Positions 56,509-64,000 of a DNA stretch of 64,000 nucleotides are shown here, in pieces; the first letter of the stretch is position 1, and each line of letters begins with the position of its first letter. Position numbers and translations under genes: made by a program. Origin of the DNA: Deltaproteobacteria bacterium (lineage in GTDB: Bacteria > Myxococcota > Kuafuiibacteriia > Kuafuiibacteriales > Kuafuiibacteriaceae); NCBI GenBank assembly GCA_040218735.1, contig JAVJQW010000040.1, positions 1-64,000 on the forward strand, written 5' to 3'. Under the pieces are notes generated by a model. It was given only the letters and a program-made list of their open reading frames with translations, was not told the origin of the DNA and ran no database searches.

Positions 56509-57603
56509 ATGCGTGTCGTTTCTCATCTGTTCAACCGTGACAGCAACAGTGACGTCTTCCGCTTCGGCAACCGGTCGTCGCTGACCCAGGAGCCCGGCGG
56601 GCGGTTCACCTTCCGGGCGGGGCCGGGTGACAACCGCATCGACGTCCGCAAGGTGTCCGGTCGCGAAGACGACTTCTACGAGGTGCGCGTCGACGACGAA
56701 CGGTTCCGCCTCACGCAGGACCAGATGCGGCGTCTGACGATCAAGGGCGGCGGCGGCGACGACACGATCCGCATCGACCCGAGCGTCGACGTCCCGATCC
56801 GCGTCGAGGGCAACACCGGCGGCGACACCATCATCAACGGCTCGAACGGCGCCCACCTGGCCGGCGGCGACGGCAACGACTTCATCAGCAGCCACGGACA
56901 CTTCGTCCGAATCCACGGCGGCGCGAAGGGTGATCTGATCGACGCTCACGGCAACGGCGTCGAGGTCCGCGGCGGGAACGGTAACGACACCATCAACCTC
57001 ACCGGACGCGGGAACGTCGCGTACGGTGGCCTCGGCGCGGACGGCATCTCCGCCCAGGGCGACGGCCACGCGCTCTACGGCGGCGGCGGCGCCGACGATC
57101 TCGAGCTGCACGGCAACGGCGGGATGATGCGCGGCAATCGCGGCCGCGATCGGCTGCGCGCCGTCGGCGACGCCAACGACCTCGGCGGCGGGCTCGGCCG
57201 CGACGTCCTCCGCGGCTACGGCGACGCGAACATCCTGCGGGGCGGCGCGGGAATGGACGACCTCGAGGTCCAGGGCTTCGGCAACCGGCTGCGCGGCAAT
57301 ACCGGGCCGGATCGCCTCCGCGCCGCGGGCGCGTCGAACCGGTTGGAGGGGGGCTGGGGCTACGACCTCGTCGAGGCGGTGGGCGCGTTCAACTTCGCCA
57401 ACGGCGGGCCCGGTCCGGACGTGGTGAATGCCTTCGGGCCGGGCAGCTTCGCGACGGGCGGGCTCGGCTGGGACAACGTGAACGGGCAGGGGGCGTGGGG
57501 TGAGTTCTTCGAGGCGCCGTACCGTCACCCGGGGCGTCTGCTCGGGCAGATGATCTCGGCGGCCGACACGTTCCTGATGCGCGTCGCCGGCTGGGGCCTC
57601 TAG
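56509..57603 (+). CDS. RTX-like Ca-binding Gly-rich repeat protein
   Basis: Regular 18-aa units containing GGxGxD; the N-terminal domain resembles that of 12844..14607. Confidence 0.8.
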   Translation: MRVVSHLFNRDSNSDVFRFGNRSSLTQEPGGRFTFRAGPGDNRIDVRKVSGREDDFYEVRVDDERFRLTQDQMRRLTIKGGGGDDTIRIDPSVDVPIRVEGNTGGDTIINGSNGAHLAGGDGNDFISSHGHFVRIHGGAKGDLIDAHGNGVEVRGGNGNDTINLTGRGNVAYGGLGADGISAQGDGHALYGGGGADDLELHGNGGMMRGNRGRDRLRAVGDANDLGGGLGRDVLRGYGDANILRGGAGMDDLEVQGFGNRLRGNTGPDRLRAAGASNRLEGGWGYDLVEAVGAFNFANGGPGPDVVNAFGPGSFATGGLGWDNVNGQGAWGEFFEAPYRHPGRLLGQMISAADTFLMRVAGWGL

Positions 57604-57607
57604 CCGA

Positions 57608-58195
57608 TCAGTACACGTCCCAGACGAAGCGCGCGCCGACCAGGTACTGGTGGTCGTAGCGGCGGCGGTTGCCGACGAAGAAGTCCGCGCGCAAGAAGGC
57701 TTGCAGCTCGTTCTCGCGGCCCTGCCCGTCCAAGCGCACGTGCGCGATGACCTCTGGGCCGATCGCGAAGCCGAGCTCGTCGCCGTCGTAGGCGCCGGTC
57801 ACACGCATGCCGCCGGAGACGAGTGACCACCCCGCGCCGATGTGCGCGGCGGCGAACGCGGCTTCGCGTCGAAACATCCAGCCGCCCTCCGCGCCGAGCA
57901 CGAGCACGAGATCACTCGTCGCGATCGAAGGGAGATCCGCGACGCGGTACCCGCTCGGCAGCGCCGGTCGACGTGCGCCCAGCGCGGTGGCGTAGAAGCC
58001 GACCGCGAGCCCGCCCTCCAGCGCGCCGTCCGACAGGCCGACGGTCGCCGCGCCGGTCGGTCCGGCCGTCACCACGTCGGCGATCGCGTGGTTGGCCGTG
58101 CGCGCCGCGTCGCTCCCGTACCGCTGCGCGATGTTGTCGGTGATGGCGCTACAGCCCGTCAGGCCCACCACCAGCGCCGCCCAGAACACCCGCAT
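57608..58195 (-). CDS. Hypothetical lipoprotein, possible outer-membrane beta-barrel
   Basis: VVGLTGC lipobox; amphipathic strands; ends VGARFVWDVY. Confidence 0.65.
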   Translation of the reverse strand: MRVFWAALVVGLTGCSAITDNIAQRYGSDAARTANHAIADVVTAGPTGAATVGLSDGALEGGLAVGFYATALGARRPALPSGYRVADLPSIATSDLVLVLGAEGGWMFRREAAFAAAHIGAGWSLVSGGMRVTGAYDGDELGFAIGPEVIAHVRLDGQGRENELQAFLRADFFVGNRRRYDHQYLVGARFVWDVY

Positions 58196-58304
58196 CGCGA
58201 GCGCCTCTGTACTCCACCGGGCCGCGTCGGAAAACTCGCCTGGGGGTTCTTGACGACCGGTTGGTATGCCGACAGATTGCGCGCCCCATAGGAGGGAAAC
58301 CGCA

Positions 58305-59054
58305 ATGACCGATACCCACTACACCCCCGGGCGCTTCGTCTGGCACGAGGTCGCCACCCCCGACATCGAAGGCACCAAGAAGTTCTACGGCGCGCTCTTC
58401 GGCTGGAGCTTCAACGAGGTCCCGATGCCCGACGGGGCGTACACGATGATCATGAACGGCGAAGCCCCGGTCGGTGGGGTCTTCGACATCAAGAAGCTCC
58501 CCAACGACAAGGTCCCGCCCCACTGGATGGGCTACGTCTCGGTGCCGAACGTCGACGAGGCGGTCGCCGCGGCGAAGTCGGTCGGCGGCACGATCGGCCT
58601 CGAGCCGATGGACATCCCGAACGTGGGCCGGATGGCGGTCATCGGCGACGGCCAGCACGCGTACACGACGGCCTTCAAGTCCGCGCAGGGGGATCCGCCC
58701 GTCGTCGAGCAGCCCGGCGCCGGCACGTTCTGCTGGGAGACCCTCAACACCGCGGACATCGACGCCGCGAAGGCGTTCTACCCGAAGGTGTACGGCTGGC
58801 AGGTCGGTGACTTCCACGGGATGACCACTTTCCAGGTCGGCGACAAGGGCATCGCCGACGCGCAGAAGACCCAGGGCGAGATGCCCTCGCACTGGCTGTC
58901 GTTCGTCGTGGTGCCGGACCTCGCTGCCGCGCGGAACACCGTCGGCGAGCAGGGTGGCAAGGTGATCGTCGAGGAGATCCCGATCCCCGACGTCGGCAAG
59001 ATCGCGATCGTCTCCGACAACGTCGGCGCCTTCGTCGGCCTCTTCGAGCGCTGA
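58305..59054 (+). CDS. VOC/glyoxalase family protein (two domains)
   Basis: GRFVWHE..TPD....KFYGALFGW, HWMGYVSV, PMDIP.VGR; second repeat; AGGAGG RBS. Confidence 0.92.
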   Translation: MTDTHYTPGRFVWHEVATPDIEGTKKFYGALFGWSFNEVPMPDGAYTMIMNGEAPVGGVFDIKKLPNDKVPPHWMGYVSVPNVDEAVAAAKSVGGTIGLEPMDIPNVGRMAVIGDGQHAYTTAFKSAQGDPPVVEQPGAGTFCWETLNTADIDAAKAFYPKVYGWQVGDFHGMTTFQVGDKGIADAQKTQGEMPSHWLSFVVVPDLAAARNTVGEQGGKVIVEEIPIPDVGKIAIVSDNVGAFVGLFER

Positions 59055-59062
59055 GCCCGACC

Positions 59063-59968
59063 TCACTTCGCGAGGGCCAGCGTTCGCTCCAGTAGACGGC
59101 GCGCGCGCTGGTCCTCCGGCCGAAGCACGGCCGCCCGCTCGAAGTGATTCACGGCGCGTTCGAACGCGCCGCGCCGCAGGAGCAACACGCCCAAGTTCAG
59201 GTGGGCCGTGGACGCCTCCGGCGCGTACGCGAGCGCGCGCTCGTAGTGCAAGAGCGCCGCCTCTTCGTTCCCGACGCGCGCCATCGCGACGCCGAGGTTG
59301 TTCCACCCGCGATAGAAGCCGTCCTCGAGGCGCACCGCGCGTGTGAAGTCAGCGGCGGCGGCGGTCCAGGGGAGGGCGCGCTTCGCCGCGTCCGCTTGTG
59401 CGAGGCGCATGAAGCCGCGGTTGTTGTAGTAGTGCGCGATCGCCTGGCGGTCGCTGATGGTGTTCCAGCGGCGGCGGATGCCGGTGCCGTACTCCATCGC
59501 GACGAAGCCGTCCGGGTGTTGGACGACCGCGGTGATGTGGCTGCTGCGCACGATCATCGACCAGCGTTCGTAGCGGACGTTCTCGTGGTCGTACTCCGCG
59601 AACTCGGCGCGCAACCCGAGCGCGCGCGCGAGGCCGACGACGATGGCGGCGTACGAGAAGCAGTTGCCGCGTCGGCGTTCGAGGGCCTCGTTCGCGGTGA
59701 GGCTCGCGTGTGCGTCGTACTGCACGTCGAAGCCGTCCGGATCGTTGAGCAGATCGATCAGCGCCTGCGCACGGTTGGCGTCGCCCTGCACGAGCACGAG
59801 CTCTTCGCGGGCGCGCTTCACCCAAGCGGGATCCACCTCGAAGGGGATCACCAGCTCGTCGGGGGCGAGCACCGTCGACAGCTCGCGCTTCAGCTCCACG
59901 TTCGGCGGCGCGGGCGTCGAGGCACACGCCGCGGACAGCACCAGGACAGCCGCGCAGCACCACCTCAT
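59063..59968 (-). CDS. Transglutaminase-like + TPR lipoprotein
   Basis: LSAAC lipobox; RRGNCFSYA..LARALG, SHI; HYYNNRG, WNNLGV, AHLNLG. Confidence 0.85.
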   Translation of the reverse strand: MRWCCAAVLVLSAACASTPAPPNVELKRELSTVLAPDELVIPFEVDPAWVKRAREELVLVQGDANRAQALIDLLNDPDGFDVQYDAHASLTANEALERRRGNCFSYAAIVVGLARALGLRAEFAEYDHENVRYERWSMIVRSSHITAVVQHPDGFVAMEYGTGIRRRWNTISDRQAIAHYYNNRGFMRLAQADAAKRALPWTAAAADFTRAVRLEDGFYRGWNNLGVAMARVGNEEAALLHYERALAYAPEASTAHLNLGVLLLRRGAFERAVNHFERAAVLRPEDQRARRLLERTLALAK

Positions 59969-60039
59969 GCCGTCCAGCATACCAGATGGTATCGGGGTAG
60001 ATCGCGCCCCCGAGGACGTACAAGCTCTCGGACTCCCCC

Positions 60040-63000
60040 ATGCACATTCGACTCACACCCCTGCTGATCGCGCTCGCCTGTCCCGTCACCGCCTGGGCCC
60101 AGACGGTCGTCCCGCCTGGAAACCTCGTGGGTTCGCAGACCTGGACCCCCGGCGCTTCGCCGTACGTGCTCGCCGGTGACCTCACGGTCCCGGCCGGCAT
60201 CACGCTCACGATCCAGGCCGGCACCACCGTCACCCTCGGCCCGGGCGACACCCTCGGGTCGGGCTTGGACAGCGCGCGCACCGAGCTGTCGGTGCTCGGG
60301 ACGATCGTCGTGAACGGGACGCCCGCGAGCCCGGTGACGTTCGACTCCGGCGCGGTCGGCCCCGCGACGTCCGACTTCTACGGCATCGTGCTGCAGGCCG
60401 GGAGCACGGCGACGCTATCGAATGCGGTCGTCGAGCACGGTCACCGCTGCATCGAGGACCACTCGACCGGAGCGACCATCACCAACGTCGACGCGATCGA
60501 TTGCAGCTACGGCTACTACGTCGTCGGCGGCTCACCGACGATCACCGGCGGCGCGATCGAGGACGGGAGCAGCTACGGCATCTACGCGACGACGAGCGCC
60601 AACGTCACCGCGTCCGGGCTGCGTGTGCGGAACAACTCCAGCTACGGCGTCTACGCGCTGAACGCTTCGTTCGCGCTCACCGGTTCGCTGATCGAAGGCA
60701 ACGGCAGCCACGGCGTCTACTACCGCAGCTCGAGCGGCTCACACACGACGTCGCTCCAACACAACACGATCTACGACAACGGCACGTACGGCGTGTACCT
60801 CTACGAACAGTCCGGCACGTTGACGGTGACGATGCGCGACAACGTCGTGCTCGACAACAGCTCGACGGGCGTCGTGCGCTCGGGCTCGCCGATCTCCACC
60901 ATCTCGCACAACCTCGTCTACGGACACTCCACGAACTACTCCGGCGCCTCCCCGGGGACGGGCGGTGTCACCGAGAACCCGCTCCTCGTGAACGCGGCGA
61001 GCGGTGACTTCCGGCCGACTTCACGCTCGGGCGCGCGCATGGCGGCGTCGGACGGGATGGACATCGGCGCGTTCGCGTACGACGGCGCGGTGACGCCGGC
61101 GCTGGTCGGCCACCTGTTCGTCAACACGACGCTCACCGCCGCGGCGTCGCCGCACATGGTGACGGGCGATCTCACGATCGAGCCGAACGTCACGCTCACG
61201 ATCGAGCCGGGCGCCGTCGTCCGGTTTGCCTCGGGCACGGATCAGATGGGCGCCAACGCGGACACGAGCCGGACCGAGCTTCGCGTCGCGGGTACCCTCG
61301 TCGCGGACGGGACCACCACGCTCCCGATCGTGATGGAGAGCGCCGCCGCGTCTCCGTCGCGCGGCGATTGGTATGGCGTGCACTTCTTGGCCGGCGCGTC
61401 GTCGTCGATCATCGACTTCGCGTCGATTCGCTTCGCGCGGTACGGCGTGCACAGCAACGCACCCGCGGGGACGACCGTGCAGCGTACGACGATCGAGGAG
61501 TCCTCCTCGTACGGCGTGTACGTCACGACCGGCGCGCTCGATCTCGACCAAGCGATCGTCCGCGACAACTCGAGCTACGGCGTCTACTACCTGAACGGGA
61601 GCGGCTCGATCACCGGCTCGCAAATCTACGACAACGGGAGCCACGGCGTGTACGCGCGCAGCTCGAGCGGGAGCCACAACGTCTCGATCCTCGGGAACAC
61701 GATCGCCGAGAACGGCACCTACGGCGCGTATCTGTACGAGCAGTCGGGCACCCTCACCACGACGTTCCGCGACAACCTCGTCCTATCGAACAGCTCGACG
61801 GGCGTGGTGCGTTCGGGCTCGCCGATCTCCACGATCACCTACAACCTCGTGTGGGGGCACTCGACGGACTACTCGGGTGCGTCCCCGGGGACGGGCGGCG
61901 TGACCGAGAACCCGCTGGTCGTGGACCGGGTCGGCCGTGACTTCCGCGTGACCTCGAACTCCCCCGCGCGCAACCACGCGTCGGACGGCACGGACATCGG
62001 CGCCATCGCGTTCGACGGGACGCCGACGGTCGGCGTGCACGGGCACCTGTACACGAACACGACGTGGAGCTCGGTCGGCGGCCCAATCGATGTTCTCGGC
62101 GACATCACGATCGAGCCGGGCGTCACGCTCACCATCGCGGCGGGCACCGAGCTGCGCTTCGCGGCCGGCGCGGACAGCATGGGCGGAAACGCCGCGACGG
62201 ATCGCACCGAGCTGATCGTGTTGGGGCGCCTCGTAGCGGACGGCACGACGCCTTCGCCGGTGGTCTTCCGCAGCGCGTCGACCACGCCCAGCCGGGGTGA
62301 CTGGTACGGCGTGCGGCTCACGAGCTCTGCGGCGAACTCGTCGATCGACAACGCCGAGATCAGCCACGCGCGTTACGGCGTCCATTCGCAGGCGCCGAAC
62401 ACCACCTCCGTCACGCAGTCGCGCGTGCACGAGTCGTCGTCGTACGGGATGTACATCGACGGCGGCGCGCTCGTCGTCGACGGCACGCGGGTCTACGACA
62501 ACGGGAGCTACGGCGTGTACGCGCTCAACGCATCGGCGACGCTGACGAACCTCGTCGTGCACGAGAACGGCTCGCACGGGATCTACGCGCGCAGCTCGAG
62601 CGGCAGTCACAACGTCGTGCTCAACAACCTCACGGTCTGGAACAACGGGACGTACGGCGTCTATCTGTACGAGCAGTCCGGCACGTTGACGGTGTCGCTG
62701 CGGAACTCGATCGTCGCGGAGAACAGCTCGACCGGCGTCGTCCGATCCGGCTCCCCGATCTCCACGATCAACTACAACAACGTGTGGGGCCACACGACGG
62801 ACTACTCGGGCGCGAGCGGCGGCACCGGCGCGATCAGCGCCAACCCGCAGTTCGTGAACACGATGCTCGACAACTTCTACTTGCTCCCGAGCTCCACGAG
62901 CATCGACGCCGCGGACCCGACGACCGCTGCCGCCTCGGACTTCGACGGCACGGCGCGCCCGCTCGACGGCAACGGCAACACGATGGCGGTGCCGGACCTC

Positions 63001-64000
63001 GGCGCGTTCGAGTACAACCCGTCCGCGAACCGCTGGCCGATCGCCGACGCCGGCTCCGACCGCGTCGTGACGAGCGGGCTCCCCGTCGCGTTCGACGGCA
63101 CCGGGTCCTTCGATCCCGACGGCACGGTGATGAACTACGTCTGGGACTTCGGCGATGGCTCCATGGCCTCCGGCGCGACGGTGATGCACACCTTCGCGGG
63201 CGGCACGGACCGCACCGTCACGCTGACGGTCACGGACAACGCGGGCGCGATCGACGTCGACGCGATCGCGGTGGAGGTGAACCTCCCGCCGAACGCCGAC
63301 GCCGGCCCGCAGCGCTTCGCGGACCCCGCGGAGATCGTCACGTTCAACGGCAACGGCTCCACGGACAGCGACGGGACGATCGTCGCGTACCTGTGGGACT
63401 TCGGCGACGGGGCCACCGCGAGCGGCCAGTCGGTCACGCACCAGTACGCGACCGGCGGGCAGTACACGGTGACGCTCACCGTGACGGACGACGACGGCGC
63501 GACGGGCGTCGCGACGACGACCGCGAACATCACCGGAAACGACGGCGCGCCGCCGAGCATCGTGCACACGCCGATCACCGCAGCGCAGCCGGCGGGCACG
63601 GCGGTCACGATCTCCGCGGAGGTCACGGACTCGTCGGGTGTGGCGAGCGTCGCGCTCTACTTCCGGACGCAGGGGGCGCCCGCGTTCTCCGCGGCGCCGA
63701 TGGGGAACACCGCGGGTGCGACGTACCAGGTCGACATCCCCGCGGGCAGCGTCGCGGCGCCGGGTGTGGAGTATTACATTCAAGCGACCGACTCCGCGGC
63801 GTCGAGCAACACCGGCACGAACCCGCCGGGTGCGCCGGGCTCCGTGCACACGTTCACGGTGGCGGCGCCGGCCGGGCCGTCGATTACCCACGTGCCGGTG
63901 GGCGACGGGCAGGCGGCCGGGCAGTCCGTCGGCATCGCGGCGACGGTGACCTCCGGGACGCCGCTCGCCTCCGTCACGCTCTACTACCGAACGCAGGGGG
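60040..64000 (+). CDS. Giant secreted protein (3' partial): three beta-helix modules, two PKD domains, Ig-like repeats
   Basis: Signal peptide MHIRLTPLLIALACPVTAWA; SPY...GDLTV..G.TLTI; DIGAF; FDGTGSFDPDG...YVWDFGDG; open to the window end, so absent from the ORF track. Confidence 0.9.
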   Translation, partial: MHIRLTPLLIALACPVTAWAQTVVPPGNLVGSQTWTPGASPYVLAGDLTVPAGITLTIQAGTTVTLGPGDTLGSGLDSARTELSVLGTIVVNGTPASPVTFDSGAVGPATSDFYGIVLQAGSTATLSNAVVEHGHRCIEDHSTGATITNVDAIDCSYGYYVVGGSPTITGGAIEDGSSYGIYATTSANVTASGLRVRNNSSYGVYALNASFALTGSLIEGNGSHGVYYRSSSGSHTTSLQHNTIYDNGTYGVYLYEQSGTLTVTMRDNVVLDNSSTGVVRSGSPISTISHNLVYGHSTNYSGASPGTGGVTENPLLVNAASGDFRPTSRSGARMAASDGMDIGAFAYDGAVTPALVGHLFVNTTLTAAASPHMVTGDLTIEPNVTLTIEPGAVVRFASGTDQMGANADTSRTELRVAGTLVADGTTTLPIVMESAAASPSRGDWYGVHFLAGASSSIIDFASIRFARYGVHSNAPAGTTVQRTTIEESSSYGVYVTTGALDLDQAIVRDNSSYGVYYLNGSGSITGSQIYDNGSHGVYARSSSGSHNVSILGNTIAENGTYGAYLYEQSGTLTTTFRDNLVLSNSSTGVVRSGSPISTITYNLVWGHSTDYSGASPGTGGVTENPLVVDRVGRDFRVTSNSPARNHASDGTDIGAIAFDGTPTVGVHGHLYTNTTWSSVGGPIDVLGDITIEPGVTLTIAAGTELRFAAGADSMGGNAATDRTELIVLGRLVADGTTPSPVVFRSASTTPSRGDWYGVRLTSSAANSSIDNAEISHARYGVHSQAPNTTSVTQSRVHESSSYGMYIDGGALVVDGTRVYDNGSYGVYALNASATLTNLVVHENGSHGIYARSSSGSHNVVLNNLTVWNNGTYGVYLYEQSGTLTVSLRNSIVAENSSTGVVRSGSPISTINYNNVWGHTTDYSGASGGTGAISANPQFVNTMLDNFYLLPSSTSIDAADPTTAAASDFDGTARPLDGNGNTMAVPDLGAFEYNPSANRWPIADAGSDRVVTSGLPVAFDGTGSFDPDGTVMNYVWDFGDGSMASGATVMHTFAGGTDRTVTLTVTDNAGAIDVDAIAVEVNLPPNADAGPQRFADPAEIVTFNGNGSTDSDGTIVAYLWDFGDGATASGQSVTHQYATGGQYTVTLTVTDDDGATGVATTTANITGNDGAPPSIVHTPITAAQPAGTAVTISAEVTDSSGVASVALYFRTQGAPAFSAAPMGNTAGATYQVDIPAGSVAAPGVEYYIQATDSAASSNTGTNPPGAPGSVHTFTVAAPAGPSITHVPVGDGQAAGQSVGIAATVTSGTPLASVTLYYRTQG

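Noticed and set aside
58250-58268. GACCGGTTGGTA as a possible TetR-type operator before the VOC gene
   Set aside because: Short imperfect palindrome with no regulator nearby; cannot be supported.

Overview
High-GC bacterial window, most likely a Myxococcota-type deltaproteobacterium (Ser/Thr kinases, PEGA protein, many lipoproteins with DGG/DAG linkers). The only clear housekeeping gene is proS; the rest is accessory. The left ~12 kb is decayed: two back-to-back IS66 remnants, an IS91-like (Y2) transposase scrap, an AraC scrap and a 2OG-Fe(II) oxygenase split by an in-frame TGA. The best find is a hidden selenoprotein: ORF 53634..53924(-) reads through TGA as D-U-G-S-C, with a SECIS-like hairpin, to a TAG at 53391. 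It sits in a four-gene operon (GWxDGLP partner, UGSC selenoprotein, LarA-like protein, non-canonical KAS III), divergent from a hotdog-fold gene. Other signals: three dispersed signal-peptide-less effector-like genes with sigma54 -24/-12 motifs 15-16 nt before the start codon; many genes with a -10 hexamer 6-9 nt before the start (leaderless layout); an APC-USP-EIIA fusion; a kinase/degenerate cyclase/OmpA-FecR operon; and a giant beta-helix/PKD protein running off the right end. No rRNA, intact tRNA or CRISPR array was seen. All calls are from reading motifs by eye; no database searches were run.
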